A stretch of DNA of 64,000 bases from Eledone cirrhosa. Taxonomy: Eukaryota. Under the pieces are notes generated by a model, which was not told the DNA's origin, made no database searches, and worked only from the letters and a program-made list of their open reading frames with translations. Position 1 is the stretch's first letter, and the number at the start of each line of letters is the position of its first letter. The position numbers and the translations under genes are program-made. Positions 25,541 through 38,500 of the stretch are shown here, in pieces. The stretch lies in the NCBI GenBank assembly GCA_964016885.1, contig OZ024745.1:62744001-62808000 (forward strand). Reading direction: 5' to 3'.

Positions 25541-26781
25541 CGTGTGTATTTGTCACACAGCATAATACCCAACACTCTACAAATTAGGCCAAGGCAGTCT
25601 GGTTTTACTTTCTGCATTTCTTTATCATTTATAATTCTTTTTTTTTTTGTGTGTTTATTTGTAAATTTTATTTCATTCTTAATTCTGAATGGTCATCTAA
25701 ATATGAACAACATTTATTTTACAGGGGTGTCAGGCAAACCACACGATTTGACAGGAAATATAATCAGTATTAACATTTCTTCGTGCTTCTTGGTTTTTAC
25801 CCCCTCTCTATTTCTCTCACTCTCTTATTTCGTTCCCTCTACGTATAGAACACTGTTTTAAGTGCATGTCAGTTATCTTTTCCCTTGTTCAGAAATGTTT
25901 GCTTCCAATTTAGATATATTCAAGGGAATAAAGTTTTTTTGTGAGTCTTCTTTTTAATCTCAATTCTCTCTGTATTGAATATGTGAAATATATAATCGTA
26001 ATGAGAATTCTTGATATATTGAACTATTATCGAAAATATCTTTACGTAAAAAAATCATAAATTTGTATGAATTTTTCATGCGGTTGGATCAATATTAAAT
26101 AAACAGTATAATTTCAGGTAGCTGATAAGCAATGATACAGCAGCGGTTCTGATTCTGATTCACGGCTAAGTGGAAAATAATGTAAATCCGTCATGTGTAG
26201 CTCTAAATGCAGATTTGAAAAGGTATTATTCAATGTAACACGCCACTTGTATCACTGAAGTATTTTTTTGTGTTCTTCATCAGAGAATCTAATCATGCTA
26301 GGCTGATTTTCAACCACATGGAACCCACCATATGAGGCCTTAAACAAATACTGCAGACATTTCACAGCCACTCTAAGATTTATACCAAACTGCCTTCGAA
26401 TGTCATTGATTTAGTATTTCCTGTAGCATCAACTGTTTACGCTGAAAGTTATAAATATTTGAAGGGCGTACACTATCTCCATATTGTATAATTACCAAAT
26501 AGTTATATCCTAACTCATGCGAAAATTTATATATATGTATATATATGAAAAGAGTCAGGACCCCGACGGCTGAGCTCCATCCGTTTCGACAGCTAGTTCT
26601 GAACATGGTCCACGTGGTTCCTTACCACAGTTACTTCGTTATATATTCATATATATTACATCTTTCAAACTATAAAGATTAATATTGGAGAATCCATTTT
26701 ACCACATTTTGGTGCACACACCACAAGATTAAAGCTTGAAATTTGTATTCAACAATATATTAAAATATAATGTACACATAC

Positions 26782-26991
26782 TAAGTTTCCTATATAAAAA
26801 GGTTGACATTTTACAAATAAAATTTGTTGCGAGATGGTGTTTCACTGCATCGTATGCACCGTCAAATGAAATACAATACGTTTCTCTTCCAATAACTGGA
26901 ACTTCTTGAAAATGCGTATTGCCCATTTTCGACATATAGATGTATAAACATGATGCATCTCCTAACCATGATTTGGAACTCGTCAAAATTC
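26782..26991 (-). pseudogene. Exon of putative multi-CTLD gene (C-terminal half-domain)
   Basis: ctctag| acceptor, |gtatgt donor, 210 nt, phase 1-1, open frame SKSWLG..ETYCISFDGAYDAV..NFICK. Confidence 0.6.
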
Positions 26992-28155
26992 CTAGAGGGT
27001 TTACAATTATAATGTATTCTACTCATCCATTATATTCAGTGAGTTGATTTGGGTGTATTATTAGAAAATCACTTCTTTCAACGTTCTCTAATTTTTTATA
27101 ACGCCTACATACAAAGATATTTTTAAAATATCTATAGCAAATACTTTAAATACATAGAATTTTCATAATTTCTTATTAGGAAATTATGATATCTATGTTC
27201 TTTAAAAACAATTCAGCATTATAATCTTGTTGTGGGATTATCCACATAATAAGATGAAGTCATATTAAACGAAAAAGAATTAATTTTACTGAGAAAATTT
27301 CATTAGTGCAAAACGATTTTCTGAAAACACTATCTATATATGTATTGTTAATATAATTAAAGCTATGAGAAATATTGCTCTTTATTGTTACTTATCATTA
27401 GTGATGTTTGTTTTGATACACACAATATTAAATATAACTGTATAACAACAAATAACTACTATTTAATTGACCTGTTCATATTCCTCTAATAAATGTTTGC
27501 TATTATGTATATAAATATACATAAATAAAGAAAAATGATAAAGTTTCGTTTACAATTATTCATTTTTGTTATTGTGTATTGACTTGGTACGCGCGTTTCG
27601 AAGAAATTTGGTTACGCCTTGATGCAATATAATATGACTGAAGACGATTAAGAATGGACCATCCAAATAGCGTAAGAGTGGAACTCAATTGTTTGGTTAG
27701 AATCAATCATGGAGTTTTACGTTTGACTCCGATATGTGGTTTGTTGTTAAGTGCAAATTTAATTGCCTCTTACTAAAAGAAAAAAATCATGTGTGTGTGG
27801 TACCAATAAGCTATTTTAAGTATTATTATTTTAAATCATATTAATGTATACTTCCTCTTATTTAAACCAGACGTATTTCTTACTGTTATATGCACTTATG
27901 CTAGTTTTATTATGCCTCTGATGATCTGGTACTTTAGGAATAAACTATCTGCCATTCCCTATTGAATTTTGTTAGTCGAATAAACAGATTTAATGCACAC
28001 ATTCTTAGAATTTAATATTTATATATATGTTCTGTGTAATTATAAAATTACTATGGTTGGGATTTACCCACTGGAGTAAACATTTACCTGTTTATTACAC
28101 CTCCTGTTGAGGACTGTATAATCACATTGGGCGTTAAGTATTCCTGGGCATATAA

Positions 28156-28215
<60 letters not shown>

Positions 28216-28219
<4 letters not shown>

Positions 28220-28656
28220 GGAAAAAATGAAACGAAATTTCATATTTCTCTCTTAGTACGTGAGAAATGAAATTTCGTTTCATTTTTTCCGTTTATCGTT
28301 TTCGGTGCGCCCGGCCGATTAACTCACTCGATATGCAAATGAGGCTGCTCAGCCGTTAATATGCATAAGGAAAGTATATACTTTCAGACGTTCAATCATC
28401 TGGCAGCAAGGTATACGGTGCTGACGATAGCTAATAAGCTTGCAACTAGTACATCGTTCCTTTGTCAGTGTTGAACAAAAGAGCAACGATGGTTGCTAAA
28501 CACTGTACGGCTTAATTCGGGATGTTTGCTTACGACCACACCAAGCATTATAATAAATGTTTGGTAAATCCATACGTACATATATATATGTGTGCATGTA
28601 TGTATATATATACACATACTACTGTACGTATGTATACATATATGTACGTATATATA

Positions 28657-28660
<4 letters not shown>
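28216..28660 (+). mobile_element. PLE end with degenerate HHR and short palindrome
   Basis: Palindrome 28216-28295. ggtg-CTGACGA-t agct aata agct at ~28417-28440. Homologous to 10445-10716 and 56925-57220. Confidence 0.6.
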
Positions 28661-28718
<58 letters not shown>

Positions 28719-28755
28719 TATAGCCACGAATAAGGCTCAGTGGGATTATACATAC

Positions 28756-28788
<33 letters not shown>

Positions 28789-29054
28789 CAGGGATTGTAG
28801 TCGTGTCCTGTTATTTGTTACCTCAATACCATAATATGTTTGTTAAAACTCCTTCGCTTATAAATCGTAACGTGGTAATGCCTATGAAATAATCTCTAGA
28901 GTGTAACTATCATTCAACATATCCATGAAATATATTTAGATTAAATCTGGACATTATGCCAAAAAATATTTTTAATAACCTCCAGATATCAAAAAGAAAT
29001 TCATCTAATATAATCTTACACTCTTTTAGTAGGTCCCTGTTATTCAATCTATAC

Positions 29055-29132
29055 CATTAAGATGTGCTGGCCGGGCTTAAAGCAGTTGTGAACTGCTTTA
29101 AAATGCGACGTTTTCACTGTTTCATAATCAGG
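29055..29132 (-). pseudogene. Exon of putative multi-CTLD gene (N-terminal half-domain)
   Basis: Strong acceptor ttttttcttcctgcag. Phase 0 start PDYETVKTSHFKAVHNCFKPGQHILM, then stops. 3' end uncertain. Confidence 0.5.
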
Positions 29133-30011
29133 CTGCAGGAAGAAAAAATTATTTCACAATTTGAATTAAGGTGAAATAAATTGGGATAACAAAATAATGT
29201 AAATGTAAAACCATTTGATTCACTCAACCTACTGTATTATATGAACTGTACAAAAAGAAAATTAAGGATCATGTAAAACTTCTTAAAATATATTTTCCTC
29301 TCACCAAACAAGACCATACTTTCAAAAACGACATTGTCAAATGTATCTATGTCTATTGTTTCCATATCAGTAAGTTAGGAGATAGAAATAATAGAAATAA
29401 TTCAGTACAAATCACCATTTGTCTCACACGCATTATAGTATATCAATTTAAAATATATAGGAATGACAAGGAATCGGTGTGTTTTCAACTTAACCATGGT
29501 GTATAAAAACGCTGAGAAAATAGATCAATTTAAAATATTACTCAATATAACTCGACATTTTTAATTCATAATTACTTCGATATTTGAAGAAAATGCATAT
29601 TAATCATTGCAAGAATAGATTAAAGGAACGACTTTGGTCTCTTGTGAAAAGAAAAGCAAGCTCTTGACATTTGACAACCCATAACGAGTGTATATGTATA
29701 ACATAACAGGCTGATATCCAATAAAATGGGATACGAAGTTTCCATTGCATTTCATAGAATTAATGTGAAAAAAGACTTTTTAATGGATACTTTAAACTAC
29801 TTGAATCTGATATGGATGCTAAACGCCCCTTAAGCCACAGAATGTGCAGATAAGGGAACCAGAATTAATTTATATTTCACAGCCATATCTAATACAAATA
29901 TCGTTACCATGCTAACAAGGTTCAAGGAGAAAATTGTAACGCGTTAGATTTGAACAAATATAGGAATAAATGAATAGTTTTATACCTCACAATTTTCATT
30001 GTACACACATA

Positions 30012-30062
<51 letters not shown>

Positions 30063-30261
30063 AGAGAGTTGTAAGTGCCTCGCCCAGTCTACATATAGAT
30101 ATGTACATATATGATATAGATAAGATTAACTTAAATGTGTGTTCATTGTATATCGCGCGTTACATATTTCATATATGTAACAGTTGATGTAAAATAAAAA
30201 GAAAACTTGGAAATAATTTTCGTTTCACAATACTTCAAGTATATAAATTCTGCTAACTCAC

Positions 30262-30305
30262 CGTGTCCTCACATAGGTGCCAATCCAATGACCTCCCAAA
30301 CATTA
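30262..30305 (-). pseudogene. 44-nt exon of putative multi-CTLD gene
   Basis: atttcag| acceptor, |gtgagt donor, phase 1-0, MFGRSLDWHLCEDT. Phase-compatible with both neighbours. Confidence 0.55.
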
Positions 30306-31295
30306 CTGAAATTACTGAATAATACAGTGAGACGCCGAAAAGAACAAACTTACAGACACATATATATATTATAAAGACACATGTATATATTATGTAAAGT
30401 AGCTTATATATATATAGTTATTTATAATAATTATTATGAATAATTACCTATGGTTGCAATGCGCAATCTACCATACGTTAAATAGACGCAATATTTGCTA
30501 TCTTTATTCGTAAGATGCATGCATATGTTGAGGTGTAGGCTGTCGCTATATGAATATATGATGTGTATTTGTGTATTATTTACATTGATTAGTTATTTAA
30601 TCATGTGTGGGTACAATGTGATGTATGTTTAGGTCTATCCCAGATGTATTGAAATAATCCGGGTGTAAGAAAATGGTGTTTGGTGTGCCAGGGCCTGCAT
30701 GCTTCCATACTGAGGGGAGATTTAATCTTATGTGTTGGTATCCTCTAAATCAGGAGCGTGCAAAAGGCGGTGCCCGGGCCACAATACAGCCCACCAGACC
30801 AGTCAGAGTGGCCCACGATGACCGTTTTTAATTTTTACCTTGTAGGCTTATTTAGAATTCTTTTTCGTAACCGTAATACAATTTTCTGTTAGTCGACTTA
30901 TACCAAATACCATGTCATACATTAATAAAACTAAATTATGTTTTAGTCATCCTTATTGTTTGAAAATGTATTCACAATGTATTTATGACTCGATTCACTG
31001 GTTTTCATTAGATTACATATTTTTGACAGCACTGGTTCTAATAACTGTCCAATGTTCAAACGTGGCCCGCCAATGGAATATGTTGCTCTAAATCGTTAAT
31101 ATTTTGTTTTAAAGGTTTATCAGATGATATTTGAACCTCTAATATCCTACATTTATCACCTAGTCTAAGTGAACAGGTAGCTCTCTGCTACTTTAATATA
31201 AAGGCACGACTCAACTAGGATATTTCATTTAATCTTTTATCCCTTTACTCTTCAGTTACCGTTCAATTTGTCACTGACATGGCTGTACACATTAC

Positions 31296-31454
31296 CTTGT
31301 ACTTGAGAGACGCGATATGTTAGTAGTGACTTGTTTAAACCGGTTTTCTTTTCATATTTACATATATATCTCTGCTCACTACAGGCAGTTGTAAGTGGTG
31401 TGATGGTAGCTTCGTACACCATCGATCGGTCATTATATTTTTCTGCATTAAATC
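31296..31454 (-). pseudogene. Exon of putative multi-CTLD gene (domain end plus linker)
   Basis: ttttcatgcag| acceptor, CAAG|gtaatg donor, 159 nt, phase 1-1, ..TTACSEQRYICKYEK.. Confidence 0.6.
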
Positions 31455-32078
31455 CTGCATGAAAATACGAAAGTATATATGCATGAGTGTGTGTTTTTAT
31501 GCGCGTCGTGATCCATATATTAATGTAGAGGCTTTTAAAAAATATTATTATTGTAACAATGGGTAGAAACAATTGTTGATTGATAGCTTTGTTGAAATGG
31601 AATATTTCCTCTCACACAATAGATATGAATTCCAAATACAACAGTGGAAAGATATCTTTGTATTTACATACTTTTGAACATTGGCTATATATGAAATTAA
31701 ATGCATCAGATGGTAATATAATTGCTTGGACAATCGAATTATATGTCATAAAGGCAACACCTGTGGGGTTTAGAAATGGTGGCATATGACCTTTTCTCTG
31801 TGTTGACTAAGCGTGACACAAATCTATTTATTGTAGTTTGCAATTGGTTAGGAATATTGATAAAAAATTGTTTCGATGCACTCTCCACACACATACATTC
31901 ATTCTTTTATGTATTTTATATATATAAAATATATATATATATATATATATATACATAACCAGAATTTTGTGAGGGAGAATCAAAACACACTTATCAACAT
32001 TGTTTATTCTTCACACAATATTTCATATACAATGATATTCTAACGGTGCAAGTTTGTGATATTATATTACTATTTTTG

Positions 32079-32117
<39 letters not shown>

Positions 32118-32122
<5 letters not shown>

Positions 32123-34611
32123 CAGAACCGCATGTTCGACAACAACCAGAAGATGCTGTTTGGACAGCTTGAGGGGAAAGAAAGAGGCACCGACTTGATC
32201 CCTGGGGCGGAACAAGCTAAAACATTCTGGAGAGGAATATGGGAGCAGGATGTTAGACACAATGCCCAGGCAGGGTGGATTGAGACAGTACAGAGGGAGA
32301 TCGGTGAGCAGGCACAGCAACAGACTGATTTGAGTATCACAGTTGAAACTCTTAAGGGGCAAGCCAAAAAACTAACCAACTGGAAATCACCAGGCCCAGA
32401 TGGTGTGCAGGGGTATTGGATTAAACATTTAACATCCCTCCACCCGAAGCTGACGGCCATGTTCAATGACTGCTTGGTGTCGGGTGAGGTGCCAGAGTGG
32501 TTGACAAAAGGTACCACAGTTCTGATAACGAAAGACCGAATCAAGGGTAATGATGTTACCAACTATAGACCTATCACATGTCTGCCCGTAATGTGGAAAC
32601 TGTTGACGAGCATTGTGTCTGAGGAAATCTACCATCACCTCCACACAAACAACTTGTTGCCGGACGAACAGAAAGGATGCCGAAAGAAGTCACGTGGTAC
32701 AAAGGACCAGTTGCTTATTGATAAGATGGTAATGGGGAATTGCAGGAGGAGACACACTGATCTTGCCATGGGATTGATAGACTACAGAAAGGCATTTGAC
32801 ATGGTGCCTCATTCCTGGATCACCAAAAGCCTGGAGATCTTCAGGGTGGCAGATAACATCAGACAGTTGCTGGGCAGGAGTATGGGGTCCTGGGAGACAG
32901 AGTTGACATCAACTGGAGTATCCTTGGGAAGCGTGAAGATGAAGAGAGGTATCTTCCAGGGAGATAGCCTGTCCCCTCTGTTGTTTGTCCTTGCCCTGAT
33001 GCCCTTGACCATTATGCTGCGAAAAGTGAGAGCAGGATACAAGTTGGGAAGGGGAGAGCTTACCATCAATCACCTCCTCTTCATGGACGATCTTAAGCTC
33101 TTCGGGAAAAGTGAGAAGGAGTTGGATGTGCTTGTTGACACTGTCCGTATTTTCAGCAGTGATATATGTATGCAGTTTGGTATTGGTAAATGTGGAGTCA
33201 TTGTGATGAGGAGGGGTAGGTTGAGCAGGAGTAACGGGATCCAGATACCAACAGGTGAGATGATAAAGGAAATTGACTCTGAGGAAGGATACAAGTATTT
33301 GGGCGTTCTGGAGGCTGATGGCATAAAGAACAAAAAAATGAAGGAATTGTTAAGAACTGAATACATTCGGAGAGTAAGGAGCGTATTGAAGTCACATCTG
33401 AACAGCAGAAATGCCATAAGCGCAGTAAATTCCCGAGCTGTGTCTATTATTAGGTACAGTGCGGGAATTCTGAGATGGAATGTTGCTGAACAAAAAGAAA
33501 TGGATAGGAAGACTAGGAAGCTATTGACTATCTACAACATGTTCCACAAGAGGAGTGATGTCGATAGACTCTACCTAAGGAGATCTGAGGGTGGAAGAGG
33601 TCTTATCAGCATAGAGGACTGTGTTCAGATGGAGAAAAACAACCTATACAAATACGTGACCTATAGTAAGGAGCCAATGCTCAGAGCTGTACTGAAGGAG
33701 GGGACAGTAGGCCAGGGGATACCCAAGAAGGAAATAACATCAAGGAGGAAGAGCAGCCTTAAGGGAAAATCCCTTCATAGTACCTTCTTTGAGAAAACTG
33801 AATTTAGAGATCCACAGACATGGAACTGGTTGAGAAGAGGAGACCTCAAAAAGGCTACAGAAGGAATGCTAATGGCTGCGCAGGAGCAGGCCCTCAAAAC
33901 GAAGTGGTTGAAGCACCATATCTACAAGGAGGAGGCTAGCCCACTGTGCAGGATCTGTGGAGAGAGAGAGGAGACTGTGGCTCACATTGTGTCCGAGTGT
34001 AAACACCTAGCCCAGACCCACTATAAGGGCTGGAGACACGATGTGATGGGCAGGGTGATCCACTGGCACCTGTGCAAAGTAAACAATCTACCACATTCTG
34101 AGAAATGGTATGAGCATAGGCCAGAGGCGGTGATGGAGAACAGTCAGGTGAAGGTGCTGTGGGATTTTAGGATACAGACGGACAAAAAACTGGAACACAA
34201 TAGACCTGACCTGGTGGTTGTGGACAAAGAAAAAAGATCGTGCCTGATTGTGGATGTGGCCTGCCCGTTCGACACCAGAGTGCAAGAGAAGGAGAGGGAG
34301 AAAATTAACCGATACCAGGACCTAAAGTGGGAGGTGAAAAGGATTTGGAACTGCCATGAAGTCAAAGTGATCCCGATTGTCATAGGCGCACTGGGGACTA
34401 TCTCCAAAGGTTTCCAGGGATGGTTAAAGAAAATCGGCCCCTTCACGCTTTTTGGAACGCTTCAAAAGGCATGCTTGCTTGGAACGGCAAGAACCCTCCG
34501 ATACGTCCTGAATATCTGAGGCTGCAGGTAGTGGCTTGATATTCAATCCAACGGACTTTCCAGTTAACCAACATCAATGACTGAGATTCAAGGAATAACA
34601 ATAATAATAAC

Positions 34612-34640
<29 letters not shown>
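32118..34640 (+). mobile_element. R4/Dong-clade non-LTR retrotransposon, 5'-truncated, inside an (AAT)n tract
   Basis: (AAT)n at 32080-32120 and 34583-34641. Same sequence as 36706-39165. Confidence 0.92.
32132..34519 (+). CDS. RT plus CCHC finger plus restriction-like endonuclease (N-truncated, open frame)
   Basis: SPGPDG, YRPI, QGDSLSP, FMDD, CRICx7Hx4C, RHD, RPDL..D..KINRY. Confidence 0.9.
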   Translation: MFDNNQKMLFGQLEGKERGTDLIPGAEQAKTFWRGIWEQDVRHNAQAGWIETVQREIGEQAQQQTDLSITVETLKGQAKKLTNWKSPGPDGVQGYWIKHLTSLHPKLTAMFNDCLVSGEVPEWLTKGTTVLITKDRIKGNDVTNYRPITCLPVMWKLLTSIVSEEIYHHLHTNNLLPDEQKGCRKKSRGTKDQLLIDKMVMGNCRRRHTDLAMGLIDYRKAFDMVPHSWITKSLEIFRVADNIRQLLGRSMGSWETELTSTGVSLGSVKMKRGIFQGDSLSPLLFVLALMPLTIMLRKVRAGYKLGRGELTINHLLFMDDLKLFGKSEKELDVLVDTVRIFSSDICMQFGIGKCGVIVMRRGRLSRSNGIQIPTGEMIKEIDSEEGYKYLGVLEADGIKNKKMKELLRTEYIRRVRSVLKSHLNSRNAISAVNSRAVSIIRYSAGILRWNVAEQKEMDRKTRKLLTIYNMFHKRSDVDRLYLRRSEGGRGLISIEDCVQMEKNNLYKYVTYSKEPMLRAVLKEGTVGQGIPKKEITSRRKSSLKGKSLHSTFFEKTEFRDPQTWNWLRRGDLKKATEGMLMAAQEQALKTKWLKHHIYKEEASPLCRICGEREETVAHIVSECKHLAQTHYKGWRHDVMGRVIHWHLCKVNNLPHSEKWYEHRPEAVMENSQVKVLWDFRIQTDKKLEHNRPDLVVVDKEKRSCLIVDVACPFDTRVQEKEREKINRYQDLKWEVKRIWNCHEVKVIPIVIGALGTISKGFQGWLKKIGPFTLFGTLQKACLLGTARTLRYVLNI

Positions 34641-34643
<3 letters not shown>

Positions 34644-35539
34644 TAAGGGAAGAAGACGCACGAGGTGGCGGAGGTCATGAAATCGCTCCCGTAAGTTTTG
34701 AATTTTTAACATATTTAAATCATTTGTGAAATAACAACTCTTAGTACAAATGCTACGTAAAGCACCCGGCTTGAGCCCCAAAAAATTCGGACCCAAAATA
34801 TATTGTTATAAGGCTCAAATATGCAAATATTCAACTTTGTATTGTACACTGTATATCCAAAAAAGAAAATGGCTATAAATGGAAGAAGAAACCCCTCCCC
34901 TCCTCTCCTCTGTCTACACTATATAGAACAGCCAAACTCACCAACACCAGAAACTAGATACACCACCCACCACATCACCTGTGTACACTAAACACAACAG
35001 CCAGATAACGGCATTTTCACCACCACCGCTCACTACGGCCATCATTACCACCATTATCCCATCACCGCCGCCACCACCCCTTCACTCCTTCACTGCTACC
35101 ACCGCTACAGCACTATCACTACAGTAATACGGTCACATCACCGCCACCACTGCCTCGGTATCGACATCACCACCACCACTGTCTCAGTATCGCTTCTGCC
35201 GCCAGTCACCCACTTCTCCTAGATGGCTGCTGCCACCACATTATAGAATCCCTACTGCTAAAAAAGAGGAAGGCATCAAAATATATAGATAGACTCAAAA
35301 GAAAAAAGGAAAAACAAACAACTAAACCAAAGCAGCACAGCAACAACAGCAAAAAACGAGAAAAACAAGCAGAGAAAAACAAAAAAAAAACAAAAAAATA
35401 AAAAAAAACCGTAAAGAAAATAAGAATGAAGAGAGAAGCAGGCGGACGGACAGAGAAGAGGGGGGAAAAACTAAAACTTAAAAAACAAAAACTAAGTCAG
35501 ACATTCGAACACTACATTACAATGAAACTTATGCTTATT

Positions 35540-38500
35540 CATTTTTGGGGCCCTTTCTGCCTGTGTGTTTGTTTGTTTATGTGTGTTCGTATACAGCGTG
35601 GTGATAATGCCACACAAGGGCCAAGTGGAACAGATGGCTATGTAACCATACATTCGCCAATCCTCGATAAGAGTGTTTAAATATCGAACATAAACAGTTC
35701 GAATAACGGTGAAATGGAGACTAGAACGTCATGTGACAGACTCTCACCCAACAGGTGCCCCCTGGCTCAGCAGCAGGAACCTGACTGTCAACCAAATACT
35801 GCTGATGTTGGAGGAAGGAGAAGAAGGAAAGGGGCCAGAACCAACTGGACGAAAGAATTGAATAGAACTGTTATGCAATGTTACCTGAAAAGTAACCCCA
35901 AGGAGAGGGGCTACAGGAGACGGATGCATAACATCTGGAACGAGATTGGTTTATTTAAATTAGATGAACAAAAATTGGCCGGGCAGGCTCGGGTAATAAG
36001 AACTAATGGGTGGATAAGCGAGCTGGAACTGGAGGAACTGAGCAGAGAGAATGGCTTGGAGATGGCGGGTGTAGTATGCCAGACAAGCGAGCCAGTGGGA
36101 AATGAAGGTAAAGAGGTCCTGAGAACGGAGGAACCACCCGAAGCAGACAATGATCTGAATACTGAGATAAATAATACCTGGAACAGAGATACGGCCACTG
36201 AGGAGATGAATGCTGACGGGCTAGGACAAGATTCGGTTGACATCCTAAATTTAGTGGTGGATGAATTGAACGATGATAGTGGGAGACCTATGAACCTAAG
36301 ATTTGTAGACAGGAAAAAGTTAAAAGAAACAACAGCTAAGGTAAACAAAGTCATCCCATACCTTGAGGCGAGGAGCCTTCACCAGTGCAACAATATCCTC
36401 AAAGCAACAGCAAATACGGTGAGGAAACTACTTGGTATAAAAGCGAGAGGAAACAACAGACAAGAAAGAGCAGAGCCGTGGTGGAAGAAGCGACTGAGTG
36501 GGCAAATCGGGGAAATGAGAAATGACATAGGAAAGCTTGAGTCACTACTGAATGGGACACTAAAAAACATAGGCACTAAAAATAGACTGGAAATAAAATA
36601 CAAAACTAGGAGGAAAAAGCTAAATATTATCATAGAGGAACTGAAGCAACGCATTGTAGCAAAGAGTGCAAAAATCAGGCGATACGAGAACAGAGTCAGT
36701 CAGTATAAACAGAACCGCATGTTCGACAACAACCAGAAGATGCTGTTTGGACAGCTTGAGGGGAAAGAAAGAGGCAACGACTTGATCCCTGGGGCGGAGC
36801 AAACATTCTGGAGAGGAATATGGGAGCAGGATGTTAGACATAATGTCCAGGCAGGGTGGATTGAGACAGTACATAGGGAGATCGGTGAGCAGGCACAGCA
36901 ACAAACTGATTTGAGTATCACAGTTGAAACTCTTAAGGGGCAGGCCAAAAAACTAACCAACTGGAGATCACCAGGCCCAGATGGTGTGCAGGGGTATTGG
37001 ATTAAACATTTAACATCCCTCCACCCGAAGCTGACGGCCATGTTCAATGACTGCTTGGTGTCGGGTGAGGTGCCAGAGTGGTTGACAAAAGGTACCACAG
37101 TTCTGATAATGAAAGACCGAATCAAGGGTAATGATGTTACCAACTATAGACCTATCACATGTCTGTCCGTAATGTGGAAACTGTTGACGAGCATTGTGTC
37201 TGAGGAAATCTACCATCACCTCCACACAAACAACTTGTTACCGGACGAACAGAAAGCATGCCGAAAGAAGTCACGTGGTACAAAGGACCAGTTACTTATT
37301 GATAAGATGGTAATGGGGAATTGCAGCAGGAGACACACTGATCTTGCCATGGGATGGATAGACTACAGAAAGGCATTTGACATGGTGCCTCATTCTTGGA
37401 TCACCAAAAGCCTGGAGATCTTCAGGGTGGCAGATAACATCAGACAGTTGCTAGGCAGGAGTATGGGGTCCTGGGAGACAGAGTTGACATCAACTGGAGT
37501 ATCCTTGGGAAGCGTGAAGATGAAGAGAGGTATCTTCCAGGGAGATAGCCTGTCCCCTCTGTTGTTTGTCCTTGCCCTGATGCCCTTGACCATTATGCTG
37601 CGAAAAGTGAGAGCAGGATACAAGTTGGGAAGGGGAGAGCTTACCATCAATCACCTCCTCTTCATGGACGATCTTAAGCTCTTCGGGAAAAGTGAGAAGG
37701 AGTTGGATGTGCTTGTTGACACTGTCCGTATTTTCTGCAGTGATATATGTATGCAGTTTGGTATTGGTAAATGTGGAGTCATTGTGATGAGGAGGGGTAG
37801 GTTGAGCAGAAGTAACGGGATCCAGATACCAACAGGTGAGATGATAAAGGAAATTGACTCTGAGGAAGGATACAAGTATTTGGGCGTTCTGGAGGCTGAT
37901 GGCATAAAGAACAAAAAAATGAAGGAATTGTTAAGAACTGAATACATTCGGAGAGTAAGGAGCGTATTGAAGTCACATCTGAACAGCAGAAATGCCATAA
38001 GCGCAGTAAATTCCCGAGCTGTGTCTATTATTAGGTACAGTGCGGGAATTCTGAGATGGAATGTTGCTGAACAAAAAGAAATGGATAGGAAGACTAGGAA
38101 GCTATTGACTATCTACAACATGTTCCACAAGAGGAGTGATGTCGATAGACTCTACCTAAGGAGATCTGAGGGTGGAAGAGGTCTTATCAGCATAGAGGAC
38201 TGTGTTCAGATGGAGAAAAACAACCTGTACAAATACGTGACCTATAGTAAGGAGCCAATGCTCAGAACTGTACTGAAGAAGGGGACAGTAGGCCAGGGGA
38301 TGTCCAAGGATGAAATAACATCAAGGAGGAAGAGCAGCCTTAAGGGAAAATCCCTTCATAGTACCTTCTTTGAGAAAACTGAATTTAGAGATCCACAGAC
38401 ATGGAACTGGTTGAGAAGAGGAGACCTCAAAAAGGCTACAGAAGGAATGCTAATGGCTGCGCAGGAGCAGGCCCTCAAAACGAAGTGGTTGAAGCACCAT

